A stretch of 59,732 nucleotides of DNA from an uncultured Anaerotruncus sp. (GCF_902490045.1 NZ_CABUCJ010000001.1:1-59732); one strand, 5' to 3'; numbered from the stretch's first letter, positions 9,633 to 18,905 are shown. Translations and numbers: made by a program. Notes: generated by a model from the sequence alone, not told the origin.

Positions 9633-10535
9633 TCAATCCCCTTCGCTTCCACCGTTAAATCGGGAGGCCAGATAGATACGCGTGACATCGTCCCTGGTGT
9701 GGCCAAGCAACTTGGACACCTTCTTGCGGGCCTCCAATTCCGTAAAGCCCTGCCGGATAAAACCGTCGTACCATTCCGCCGCGCAGGTATGCCGGAGTCC
9801 GTGAAAAGTCATGGGCCGGGTGGAACCGACTTCCTGCATTTCGGCTTTGTGATAGTTGATGAACGCTTCCAGTCGGTGAATTGCCAGATGAGTCTTGTCG
9901 TCCGGGGCGACAAACAGTTTTTGCCCGCGCGGAGTGACCTTCAGGATGTCTCTCAGCATGATTCGGATGCTGTCGTTGATCGGCACCTCCCGCACGAGCC
10001 CGCCCTTGCCTTTGACGGTGAGCATTCCTACTGTCAGTGCCTTTTCCGCGGCGGCAGTGTCAAGCCGGAAACACTCATGGATACGCAAGGCGGCGTAGCG
10101 CCCCAGGCAGAGGATGGCAATATAATCGTTGTGATCTAACTTGGATGCTCTTGCTAAAAAACGATTAAATTCCGGTGAGCCCCAGGTGCGGTCCACCCCG
10201 CCGAACCGCCGCCGCTTCAAGTCCAATACGGCGTTATTGGGCAGGGTATATTTCGCGCCCGCGATCTGGTCGTGAAAGAACCGGATGGCCGACAGTTCGG
10301 TCTTGATGTAGGCCGCCGATAATCCTTTTTCCGAAAGATGGTCCACATAGGAGAAAAGGTGCTTTGGCGCGATATTTGCCAGCTTTTCCAGCCGGTATTC
10401 CTCCGCGAGATAAGCGAGGAACCGCTTGAACGCCTCGGCATACCGGGCCTTGGTCTTGTAGCTCCCCTGCCGGTTATGGGAAGAGAGTTTATCAAATTGG
10501 GACAGCAGATTGAGATAGATGCCTTTATTCAACAT
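9633..10535 (-). CDS. Tyrosine recombinase/integrase with SAM-like N-terminal domain
   Basis: Catalytic residues intact: ALRIHE (R), KGKGG (K), HGLRH, LLGH, TRIY (Y); GGAGG RBS. Confidence 0.9.
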   Translation of the reverse strand: MLNKGIYLNLLSQFDKLSSHNRQGSYKTKARYAEAFKRFLAYLAEEYRLEKLANIAPKHLFSYVDHLSEKGLSAAYIKTELSAIRFFHDQIAGAKYTLPNNAVLDLKRRRFGGVDRTWGSPEFNRFLARASKLDHNDYIAILCLGRYAALRIHECFRLDTAAAEKALTVGMLTVKGKGGLVREVPINDSIRIMLRDILKVTPRGQKLFVAPDDKTHLAIHRLEAFINYHKAEMQEVGSTRPMTFHGLRHTCAAEWYDGFIRQGFTELEARKKVSKLLGHTRDDVTRIYLASRFNGGSEGD

Positions 10536-11120
10536 GATAATCCTCCAAATGTTCTGCCTTGGAGGCGCAGTTCGCCCACTGGAAAATGGCGGCGTTTCGA
10601 CCGTTTTTCTGTTTCAGGGAGAGAAAAGAACCCCGCCGGGGATGGTCAGCGAAAGAAGTAAAAACCGCATTCCAACCGGCTTTTGGGAGACTTCCGGCTC
10701 GATGCTTTCCTCCGAAGTCCTCCGGGATTCCAAACCGTCTCGTTTAGAAATAGATTCGTGTTCAGCAATGGATGCCGCGAAAGCCTTTTATAAAAGGCCG
10801 GAGCATACGAACTCCACGGCGAACGCGATGCCGCCATAGCGGTGCAGGCTTGCGCTCACAGGCGTTCTTCTGCCGCCGGATTGCGAAAGCAGAACACCCA
10901 CCGGCGACAGGTGTGTGGGTGTTCTGCTGCGGGAGCCTGCCAAAGCTCTCTGGACGAATTCCGTGCCTGGATCCTCCGCATCGTCCCGTGCGGGGAGGCC
11001 TGTCTGCTGTCCCGTTAGAATGCTTATCCTTTTCTCCCTCTACCCGGGCCTTTGGCCTCGGCCGGGGGACACGCGCGCAACGCGCGCGGGAGATTGTGCC
11101 AAAAGTTGCTGGCTAAACGC

Positions 11121-11161
11121 AAAAAGGCCCTGATCAATGAGTTACACACTGATCAGGGCCT
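11121..11161 (-). terminator. Intrinsic terminator inside the leader
   Basis: AGGCCCTGATCA/TGATCAGGGCCT stem followed by a U-tract on the minus strand. Confidence 0.65.
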
Positions 11162-11208
11162 GAGCTGTATTGTGGTCTGAAAACCGCAAATTCAATTGAA
11201 AACCTGTG

Positions 11209-11249
11209 AAAAAGGCACAGTACGCCCACTTGTATGGGGTACTGCGCCT
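11209..11249 (-). terminator. Promoter-proximal intrinsic terminator/attenuator
   Basis: Minus strand AGGCGCAGTAC...GTACTGTGCCT then TTTT. Confidence 0.65.
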
Positions 11250-11327
11250 AGCAACAATCCATTAACGGCGGCACCGAAGCCGCCAACTGAGGAATCCACC
11301 GAAGGATTCAAAAAACACTGTAAACAC

Positions 11328-11356
11328 AGTATATGGCATAATAATGGCATTGTCAA
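11328..11356 (-). promoter_or_regulatory. Sigma-A type promoter
   Basis: Minus strand TTGACA-N17-TATACT with an AT-rich upstream tract. Confidence 0.75.
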
Positions 11357-11567
11357 GTGATAAAATCAATATATATAAAAAAATATAATAATTTAAAAAA
11401 AATACACAATATATAGTATGCAGAAATGCAATACTTGCTTCGGCAACTAATAGCCACTGGTGGTTAACCCGCAGGCCGTCAGTATGTGACGGAAAACTCT
11501 TTCTTCATCTCACGGATTTAAGTTTTTGACGAGTCCAACGACTGCTCCGCTGAGTTGCCGTAAGCCG

Positions 11568-12260
11568 TCAGCTTTCCATAACCTCAAGCACACCTGAAAA
11601 ATCTTCCGTCTGCCCGGAAATCACTTCAAGCCCGGTTTCCACAATACCCAAAGGCACCAGTTCGTCTGAGTGCCTGAAATCGCCGTAGAAGATCGTAAAA
11701 TTCCCCCACGGGCGATAGATCACCATTTCTCCGGTAATCGGATCGTATCCGGGCTGCTCCTCGCCGATGGAGAGCGGCTCATCTGGGGTTTGCGCGGGCT
11801 TTTCAATCCCTGACAAGTCATAGAATGACAGGTCAGTCATGGGAAGGCGCTCCAGAAAGGCGTCGACCGCAGTGTTGTCATACATTGCAATGACGACCTC
11901 CTCTGTGCCGTTTACAGTCAGCTTCAACTTGACGCCGCTGAATGTGGGGGCGCTTCCGTCAGGGTATGTCCCCGTGCTGGTTACTTGAGTTGCTTGATCA
12001 GGAGCGGAAGTCTGGCTGGGGGCATCTTCATCCGGTACTTCAGAGGAGATGTCCAAAGGCACTTTTCCATCATCTTCTGCTGCTTCGGAAGAGATGTCCA
12101 AAAGCACATCCCCATCATCTTCTGCTGCTTCGGAAGATAGGACTGAGGAGGTATTGGCTCCATCATTCCCGACAGGCTTTGAATTGTTGCTGGAAGAACA
12201 CGCTGTGAAAACAATGGAGACGCAAACCAGCATTGTGATCAGCAATAAATATTTTTTCAT
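11568..12260 (-). CDS. Lipoprotein with C-terminal cyclophilin-like fold
   Basis: Lipobox FTAC; C-terminal FLERLP..EK..GEMVIYRPWGNFTIFYGDF..LVPLG. Confidence 0.75.
   Translation of the reverse strand: MKKYLLLITMLVCVSIVFTACSSSNNSKPVGNDGANTSSVLSSEAAEDDGDVLLDISSEAAEDDGKVPLDISSEVPDEDAPSQTSAPDQATQVTSTGTYPDGSAPTFSGVKLKLTVNGTEEVVIAMYDNTAVDAFLERLPMTDLSFYDLSGIEKPAQTPDEPLSIGEEQPGYDPITGEMVIYRPWGNFTIFYGDFRHSDELVPLGIVETGLEVISGQTEDFSGVLEVMES
12046..12135. repeat. 45-bp in-frame tandem repeat (SSEAAEDDGxVxLDI)
   Basis: GAGATGTCCAAA at 12046 and 12091; period 45. Confidence 0.85.
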
Positions 12261-12369
12261 TCTCAAAATCCTTTCGCTTCATTAAGTTAAATAGATAGCT
12301 GGGTCCGGTCTGCTCCGGTCTGCTTATGAAGATTTTCGCAAGCGACGACACGGCTTACAAAACTTGATT

Positions 12370-12728
12370 TCAAGAGACTAATTCCAACTCACCAAGCCAC
12401 TTTTCTACTTCCGGCTGTGCTGCCGCGACTTCTCTCATGGGTATATGCAGCCCATTTTTTATGACATTCGCATCGGGCAGCAATTCCTGAATGGATGCGA
12501 TCGTGTTGGAAAACCCGCTGCTGGCGCTTGTCGCAAAGGGGATGACCGTCTTGCCGGAAAAGTCATATGCCTCCAAAAAACTGTATACGGGCATCGGCAT
12601 ATCGTACCACCAGTTGGGAAATCCAAAGATTGTGCTATGGAAGAGTCCTCCATTCGAGTCTGACCGGAACAAGCTGCCGTCAGTAAAAGCGTCAGGCATG
12701 ACAAACAAGCGAAAATCGTTCTTTTCAT
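12370..12728 (-). pseudogene. Internally deleted flavodoxin lipoprotein
   Basis: Signal/lipobox MKRTIFACL..TAAC is out of frame with the flavodoxin C-half GFPNWWYDMPMP..DFSGKTVIPF; N-half missing. Confidence 0.7.
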
Positions 12729-12757
12729 ACGTTGATCCTTTCAGATGCGCAAAAGCA

Positions 12758-13612
12758 TTAAGATAAATGGAGTTCAGCAAGCCACGCTTGAACGGCGGGC
12801 CGCGCGGAGTCAACCTCTGGACGGTACACGCCGATGACGTTGTCGATCACGGTGCAGTCCTCCGGCAGCGCCGCGGTAATATCCTGCACACTGCTGGCAA
12901 GCCCTCCCGTGCCGTGGGTGCAAAACAGGACGATGGTTTTCCCAGAAAGATCGTTCTCTTCGATAAAGCTCAAAATCGCCATAGGACAGCTGTACCACCA
13001 GTTGGGATAGCCGATGAACACGGTGTCGTAGTCGTCGATGTTCTCCACGCGGTGCGTAAGTTTTGGCCGGGCGTTTGCCGCCTTTTCATCGGCGGCCCGG
13101 TCCAGACATTCGTCGTAATCGCTGGAGTATGGCTCGGTCACGACAATCGAAAATAGATCCCCGCCGATTTCCTGCTGAATCCAGCCCGCCAGTTTTGCGG
13201 CGTTGCCGGGGAGCAGAACACTTGCGGACGCAGTGGCGTCCACATCGATTGAAGCAGGGTCCTCCACTTGGGTATTTTCCGCCCAGGTAAAGTAGGCGAT
13301 CAGCGTCTTGCCGTCGGGCTGCTCCTGCTCAGTGGGCAAATCCGGGATGGAGCTTTCAGAAGGAGCTGGGGCAGCTTCTGCGGAAGGAGTGGAAGCTGCG
13401 CTTTCGGACTGCTGGCTGGCGGCGTCCGACGGCGCGGAAACGGCGCTTTGCGGGGATGAAGACACGACCGCTGCTTCCGATGATGATTGGGGCGCGGCGC
13501 TCTCCGACCCTGAGGATTGCGCTGGAATCGACGGTTTAGACGTCTGATTTCCGCACGCGGTAAGACAAATCAGCGTGCTCAGGCAAATCAGAATTGCGGC
13601 AGCTTTTTTCAT
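12758..13612 (-). CDS. Flavodoxin lipoprotein with Ser/Ala/Pro-rich linker
   Basis: Lipobox LTAC; LIAYFTW, GYPNWW, FCTHGTGG. Confidence 0.85.
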   Translation of the reverse strand: MKKAAAILICLSTLICLTACGNQTSKPSIPAQSSGSESAAPQSSSEAAVVSSSPQSAVSAPSDAASQQSESAASTPSAEAAPAPSESSIPDLPTEQEQPDGKTLIAYFTWAENTQVEDPASIDVDATASASVLLPGNAAKLAGWIQQEIGGDLFSIVVTEPYSSDYDECLDRAADEKAANARPKLTHRVENIDDYDTVFIGYPNWWYSCPMAILSFIEENDLSGKTIVLFCTHGTGGLASSVQDITAALPEDCTVIDNVIGVYRPEVDSARPAVQAWLAELHLS

Positions 13613-14303
13613 GTGGCACCTCCTTGGGATGATTGGCCAGCTTTTTGCAGGCCTTGGAAAGTACGTGTCCGAGAAAGACGAAAAGCCCCATGATCGAGAG
13701 GTAATCGAGATAAAACAGGAGCTTCGGTTCCTCAAAGTCCATGAACACAAATTCGTTTTGCAGCAGCATATAAGACGGCAAATCCCGCTGGAAGAGCGCA
13801 TACAGGCCGTAGACCGCGATGACCAAACCGGCAAAAAAAAGAGAGGATGATGCCGCCTTCGACGGCTTCGCCTGGCCGAAGCGTTTTTTCGCCATGCCGA
13901 GGAACATACCCCAGTGCAGCCCCAGATGCAGGCTCAACAACGCATAGCCCCAATAGGCGCCAAGGATGTGGAGCCGCCGCGCCAGCATCATGCCTCCGTC
14001 GATGGGGAGGAACGCGAACACATGGCGGCTCATGACGATGCCGCTATACATTTGCGTCAGCATGGCGGCCAGCACAAGCAGATTGACGCTGACTGTCAGG
14101 ACACGCATCGGCGTGTAGCGGCCCTTAAAGAGGTTTCTATACCAACCGAAGTTCAGAAGGTTGTGCGCGAAAAACAGCGCGAACATACCCGCGCCTACCC
14201 ATTCGTGCGCCGCCTGCCCGAAGAATTGATAGCCCATCAGAACGAGCAGCGCCAGCGTCATGGCGGCGTCTAGGACCATCTTTACGATAGCTTTTGTTTT
14301 CAA
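13536..14303 (-). CDS. DUF4405-type cytochrome b-like membrane protein
   Basis: Several TM helices with His motifs HEWVG, FAHN, LHILG, LHLGLHW. Confidence 0.7.
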   Translation of the reverse strand: MKTKAIVKMVLDAAMTLALLVLMGYQFFGQAAHEWVGAGMFALFFAHNLLNFGWYRNLFKGRYTPMRVLTVSVNLLVLAAMLTQMYSGIVMSRHVFAFLPIDGGMMLARRLHILGAYWGYALLSLHLGLHWGMFLGMAKKRFGQAKPSKAASSSLFFAGLVIAVYGLYALFQRDLPSYMLLQNEFVFMDFEEPKLLFYLDYLSIMGLFVFLGHVLSKACKKLANHPKEVPHEKSCRNSDLPEHADLSYRVRKSDV

Positions 14304-14306
14304 CAG

Positions 14307-14846
14307 TCATCCACCGACCTTTCTGCCCAGCGCATAGGCTTTATCAGGAAATTCGGTTGCTTTTGTCATGGACACTGTGCCGCAACCGACGCCCAGGATC
14401 ATGCCCTGGTCCTGAAAATGCAGATAGCGGCAGAGCGTCTGATAATGGCTTTGCAGCTCCCGCATCGTCCAGTCATTGCTGTCCCATGCGGCGGCAATGA
14501 GCACGGTTTTCAGTTTTTTTGCGGTCAGCTCGCCGTTAAAGCTGTAAAAGCGGTCGATCACCATCTTGAGCTGTGCAGAGATTCCAAAATAGTAAAGCGG
14601 GGTGACGAACACGGCCAGATCACTGGCGAGAAGCTGTTCCCGCACCCGCGCCATATCGTCTTTTTGGCAGCAGGGGCCAGACATACCGCAGGCCTCACAG
14701 CCGAGGCAGGGATGTAGATCGGCGTGGCCCGCATCGAATACGATCACGGTGTTGCCGGCCTCCTTTGCGCCGCGGATAAACTGTTCCGCCAACAAATTGG
14801 AAGAGCCGTGCTTATGGGGGCTGCTTTCAATGACGAAGATGTTCAT
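14307..14846 (-). CDS. Iron-sulfur flavoprotein / NADPH-dependent FMN reductase family
   Basis: SSPHKHGSS, PCLGCEAC..C, TPLYYF, LKMVIDR. Confidence 0.85.
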   Translation of the reverse strand: MNIFVIESSPHKHGSSNLLAEQFIRGAKEAGNTVIVFDAGHADLHPCLGCEACGMSGPCCQKDDMARVREQLLASDLAVFVTPLYYFGISAQLKMVIDRFYSFNGELTAKKLKTVLIAAAWDSNDWTMRELQSHYQTLCRYLHFQDQGMILGVGCGTVSMTKATEFPDKAYALGRKVGG

Positions 14847-14859
14847 GCCGCTCCTCCCT

Positions 14860-15270
14860 CTAGTTCAGTTGGTCGTATGTTTCGTCGTCCACTGCCTCGC
14901 ACCATTCATTGGACGTGTTCTCGCCGAGGACCTCGATAGCGAGGTGGGCAAACCAGCTGTCCCTCGCCGCGCCGTGCCAGTGCTTGACCTCCGGTGGGAT
15001 GACCACCGAGTCGCCGGGGCGCAGCTCCCGCGCGGGCTTGCCCCACTCCTGATACCATCCCCGGCCCGACATACAGAGCAGGATCTGACCACCACCCTTT
15101 GTGGCGTGGTGGATATGCCAGTTGTTGCGGCAGGCCGGCTCAAAGGTGACGTTGAAAATCCCCATCCCTTCGGTGGTTACAGGATTCAAATAGCTCTGCC
15201 CGATGAAATACTGCGCGAAGGCGTCGTTGGGCCGTCCCAGCCCGAAGAGGCCAGCTTGTTCGTTGTTCAT
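14860..15270 (-). CDS. Cupin domain protein
   Basis: NVTFEPACRNNWHIH..GGQIL..KHWHGA. Confidence 0.9.
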   Translation of the reverse strand: MNNEQAGLFGLGRPNDAFAQYFIGQSYLNPVTTEGMGIFNVTFEPACRNNWHIHHATKGGGQILLCMSGRGWYQEWGKPARELRPGDSVVIPPEVKHWHGAARDSWFAHLAIEVLGENTSNEWCEAVDDETYDQLN

Positions 15271-15326
15271 GGTAAAGTCCCTCCAATTCGTATTTATGTT
15301 TCCTTGAACTGTCCGATAAACAGGAA

Positions 15327-15503
15327 TCATTCAACTTCTCTCTTGAGTACGACCATCGTATTTTTCCACTGAACAAATTCCCATCCTTCTAAACCGAGTT
15401 TAGTGAGTTCGCCCTCGATTTCGTGGGCTATTTCGGCATATTTTTTATCATTCAAGGCCGCGGGAATTCCCTTTGAAATTACCTTATACTCAAATTTTTT
15501 CAT
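15327..15503 (-). CDS. DUF4177-like small protein
   Basis: MKKFEYKV..LGLEGWEFV..LKRE. Confidence 0.7.
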   Translation of the reverse strand: MKKFEYKVISKGIPAALNDKKYAEIAHEIEGELTKLGLEGWEFVQWKNTMVVLKREVE

Positions 15504-15513
15504 TACATTATCC

Positions 15514-15996
15514 TCACAGCCCAAGGCTTTTGATCCATGCGTCCAGTGATTCTTTGGAAGGACTGCCGTTCAGCAGCTTCCCGGTGCGAACCTCCCCGGC
15601 GCAGCAGGCGCGCAGGATGCCGGCCGTCTTTCCCATCCCGCTGCCGCCGGAGGTAGCGAACGGGATCACCGTCTTGCCCGCGAAATCGTAGCTCTCCAAA
15701 AAGGCGTTGATGATTGTGGGGGCCACATACCACCAGATGGGGAAGCCCACAAAAACCGTGTCGTAATCCTCCATGTGTTCCACCGACCCGGAGATCTCCG
15801 GGCGGGAGGCCGGGTCGTTCATCTCGACACTGCTGCGGCTCTTTTTATTCGTCCAGTCCAGGTCGGCAGCGGTGTAGGGGACCTGCGGTTTGATTTCATA
15901 GAGATCCGCGCCCGCCGCCTCCGCCAGCTTCTGCGCGGCTCGTTTTGTCACGCCGCTGCAGGAAAAGTACGCCACCAATATCTTTTTACCATTCAT
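15514..15996 (-). CDS. Flavodoxin (cytoplasmic)
   Basis: [24 protein letters not shown]. Confidence 0.9.
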   Translation of the reverse strand: MNGKKILVAYFSCSGVTKRAAQKLAEAAGADLYEIKPQVPYTAADLDWTNKKSRSSVEMNDPASRPEISGSVEHMEDYDTVFVGFPIWWYVAPTIINAFLESYDFAGKTVIPFATSGGSGMGKTAGILRACCAGEVRTGKLLNGSPSKESLDAWIKSLGL

Positions 15997-16011
15997 CTCT
16001 AAAACCTCCGC

Positions 16012-16338
16012 TCATTCTTCGCCGTGCACTTCTTTTGCCATTTTGAACGCCGCCCACGCATTGGGCCATCCCGCATAAAAAGCCGCATGGGTCAGGATTT
16101 CCGCCATCTCCCCGGCGGTGACGCCCTGCTTTTTGGCATTGCTGATGTGGTATTGGAGGGAACTGTCCAGAATTCCCTTGCTCATCAGCGCGGTGACGGT
16201 GACAATGCAGCGATCCCGCAGGGAAAACTGCTCCTCCCTCGCCCAAATTTCTCCGAACAGCACGTCATCGTTAAGCTCCGCGAACTTGGGAGCGAATGTC
16301 CCAAGAGCGTCGTGTCCGGCGGTCTGTTTTTCAATCAT
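16012..16338 (-). CDS. Carboxymuconolactone decarboxylase family protein
   Basis: FAPKFAELNDDVLFGEIW, HAAFYAGWP. Confidence 0.88.
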   Translation of the reverse strand: MIEKQTAGHDALGTFAPKFAELNDDVLFGEIWAREEQFSLRDRCIVTVTALMSKGILDSSLQYHISNAKKQGVTAGEMAEILTHAAFYAGWPNAWAAFKMAKEVHGEE

Positions 16339-16414
16339 GAGTTCTTCCAACCTTTCTTTGATTCGGATAAGCGGCAGGCGGGGCGGCCATTTAGACCGCC
16401 CCGCCTGCCTGCGC

Positions 16415-17362
16415 TTAAACCATGGGTTTTTCCCAGGAACCTCTGGTATCCACGCCGGTCTGGGCAGCGGCCTGCTCCAGTTCCGCCATTTCTTTCGCGT
16501 TCAATGCGACATTCACGGCCTTGACGGCGTCCTCCACCTGCTTGGGGCCGGTGACGCCGATGATCGGAGTCGTCCCCTTGGCGATTGCCCACGCCACCGG
16601 AATCTGCGCCGATGCCACCTGATGCGCCTGCGCGATCTCTTTCATCACGGTGGTCAGCCGCTCAATGCGGGGCAGGAGCGGATTATAGGTGGCGGCGCGC
16701 ATACTGCCCTCCGGCAGCGGGTGGGCGACATCATACTTTCCCGAAAGCGCGCCCTGCTCCAGCACCATATAAGAAAAGAACTCTATTCCTTTCTCTTTAC
16801 AGTAATCCAAAATTCCGGCATCTTCCGAAGAACGGTACAGCAGGCTGTAATGATTTTGAACTGCGGAGAGATGCACACCCTCGGCGTACAGGATTTCCTC
16901 AGCGCGCTTGATCTGCTCCAGATTGTGGTTGGAAACGCCAACGCGCTTCACCTTGCCGCTCTTAACGAGGGGAATGAGGCCCGGTGTCCATTTTTCCACA
17001 TCGCCCGGATTGTGAATCCAATAAAGGTCAATAAAATCCGTACCGAGACGCTTCAGGCTGCTATTGCACATCTCTTCTACGGGGTTTTCGCTTTCCCCGG
17101 CGATATCGGGGGTGAATTTGGTGGAGAGGAGCACATCCTTCCGGGAGTAGGTTTTGGCGAACGTGCCCAGGATGTCCTCAGAGGCGCCCATGCCATAGAC
17201 GACAGCTGTGTCCCAGAAATTGAGTCCGGCTTTCATGGCCGCATCAAAGACCGGCCTGAGCTCCGCCTCGCCCAGATGATTGCCAAAGACTTGATCCCCG
17301 CCGACGGCGCCCACGCCCCAGGACCAGGTGCCCAGCGCGATTTTGGGAGTGTTGTTGTTCAT
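16415..17362 (-). CDS. Aldo/keto reductase
   Basis: LGTWSWG, DTAVVYG, IDLYWIH, GVSNH, QNHYSLL. Confidence 0.92.
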   Translation of the reverse strand: MNNNTPKIALGTWSWGVGAVGGDQVFGNHLGEAELRPVFDAAMKAGLNFWDTAVVYGMGASEDILGTFAKTYSRKDVLLSTKFTPDIAGESENPVEEMCNSSLKRLGTDFIDLYWIHNPGDVEKWTPGLIPLVKSGKVKRVGVSNHNLEQIKRAEEILYAEGVHLSAVQNHYSLLYRSSEDAGILDYCKEKGIEFFSYMVLEQGALSGKYDVAHPLPEGSMRAATYNPLLPRIERLTTVMKEIAQAHQVASAQIPVAWAIAKGTTPIIGVTGPKQVEDAVKAVNVALNAKEMAELEQAAAQTGVDTRGSWEKPMV

Positions 17363-17395
17363 TTGAAAGTCCCCTTTCTCCGAATTTCAAGAAAA

Positions 17396-18901
17396 TCACT
17401 TTACTGCAATGTTGTTTGTTTCCAGCCATGCACTCACATCGCCCGCGAGGCTGGAGCCGCCGGAATAGTGGATATCCAGCGCCTCGCCCATTGCGGCATC
17501 GGGGGCCAGTTTGGCGATTGCCGTCAGGCTCTGCCCGAAGCGGCCGCCGCCATGGCTGCAAAACGGGATAATCGTTTTGCCGGAGAAGTCATATTCCTCC
17601 AGGAAGGAAGCAATGGGCATAGGGATTGACGCCCACCAGTTGGGGTAGCCGATCAGGATGGTGTCGTACTGCTCCATGTTCTCCACATGGGCGGCAAGCT
17701 CCGGACGGGCCTGTGCGTTTTGATCCCGCTGCGCCTCCTCCAGGACGGTATTGTAATCGTCCGAATAGGGGGTTGCCGGCGTGATCTCAAAAAGGTTCGC
17801 GCCCGTCTGGCGCTGGATCTCCTCCGCGACGCCCTGGGTGTTGCCGCCCCAGGAGAAGTAAGCAATCAGGATGTTGCCGCCGTTCGAGTTGCTTTGGCTT
17901 TGCGCGCCGAAGGTGCTGACACTGCCCATCCCCGCCGACGCGTTGCGCGCAAGACGGATACCGAGGTTAAAGCTGCCCTTGTTCTGCTCCATCGTGGCGC
18001 GGTAGGCCGAGCGCATATTTTTTGCGAAGTCGTTCCAGCCGCCACCCCGGTACACCCGCAGGACGCCGGTGTCCGGCCCGGTGGGGTCGGTTTGCGCCGC
18101 GGCATCATAGTCCCCATAGAAATCCCAGACCCACTCGCTCACGTTGCCGTGCATATCGTACAGCCCATAGGCGTTGGGCGCGAAGCTGCCGACTGCGACA
18201 GTGGTTTCCCGGTACTGTCCGGGCCGGGTGGAGAGGTTCCCCTGCGAAAAGTAGTTTTCTTCGATCTGGTAGGGATAGTGGCCGTAGTAGTTGACCTCAT
18301 CCGCGCTGGGGGAGTTTTCCGTGTTGAACGGCGTGGTCGTTCCCGCGCGGCAGGCGTACTCCCACTCCGCCTCGGTGGGCAGGCGGTAGCCGTCCGCGGA
18401 GCGGTCCCAGCTTACGCTCTGCCCGTTGATGGTGTAGGCCGGCGTCAGCCCCTCGCTTTCGCTGCGGGCGTTGCAGTAGGCAATCGCATCAAGCCAGGAG
18501 ACATTTTCCACAGGGAGCCGCTCCCCGGAAAAGCTGCTGGGAGTGCTTCCCATAACCGATTCATATTCCGCCTGGGTCAGTTCATAGGCGCTGATATAGA
18601 AATTGCTGACAGTCACGGTGTGCTGGGTTTCGTCGCCGCTGCGCCAAGCCTCGGAATCGGGGCTGCCCATCTGGAAAGTACCGCCTTCAACCAGGACAAA
18701 GGGCTCCGGCACCTGTGCCGGGGCGGCCTCGGAGGGGGTGAACTGGATCACCTCTTGTTCTTGCGACGGGGTGGAGACTGAAGCTGAAGCAGCGCTCCCG
18801 TAATCGGTTTGCGCGGGCGATTTGTTCCCCGCGCAGGCAGACAAAGAGAAGATCAGCAGAATGGAAAGTGCCAGTGTGGTCCATCGCTTCATATACTTCA
18901 C
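17396..18901 (-). CDS. Lipoprotein: FGE/SUMF1-like domain fused to C-terminal flavodoxin
   Basis: Lipobox LSAC; YRLPTEAEWEYAC and NAYGLYDMHGNVSEW, then IAYFSWGGNT and GYPNWW. Confidence 0.85.
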   Translation of the reverse strand: MKYMKRWTTLALSILLIFSLSACAGNKSPAQTDYGSAASASVSTPSQEQEVIQFTPSEAAPAQVPEPFVLVEGGTFQMGSPDSEAWRSGDETQHTVTVSNFYISAYELTQAEYESVMGSTPSSFSGERLPVENVSWLDAIAYCNARSESEGLTPAYTINGQSVSWDRSADGYRLPTEAEWEYACRAGTTTPFNTENSPSADEVNYYGHYPYQIEENYFSQGNLSTRPGQYRETTVAVGSFAPNAYGLYDMHGNVSEWVWDFYGDYDAAAQTDPTGPDTGVLRVYRGGGWNDFAKNMRSAYRATMEQNKGSFNLGIRLARNASAGMGSVSTFGAQSQSNSNGGNILIAYFSWGGNTQGVAEEIQRQTGANLFEITPATPYSDDYNTVLEEAQRDQNAQARPELAAHVENMEQYDTILIGYPNWWASIPMPIASFLEEYDFSGKTIIPFCSHGGGRFGQSLTAIAKLAPDAAMGEALDIHYSGGSSLAGDVSAWLETNNIAVK

Positions 18902-18905
18902 CTGC

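Larger units (their letters stand above)
10560..11321 (-). ncRNA. Candidate long structured leader/ncRNA upstream of the tyrosine recombinase
   Basis: No credible ORF; many hairpins and nested long-range helices whose G-U pairs favour the minus strand. Confidence 0.5.

Noticed and set aside
10519..11133. Short ORFs in the recombinase upstream region
   Set aside because: No RBS, no recognisable domains, mutually overlapping; hairpin structure explains the region better.
11267..11309. ANTAR dual-hairpin or CRISPR-like repeat
   Set aside because: The loops lack the G1/G4 pattern, and there are only two units with different stems, no spacers and no cas genes. No CRISPR array was seen anywhere in the window.
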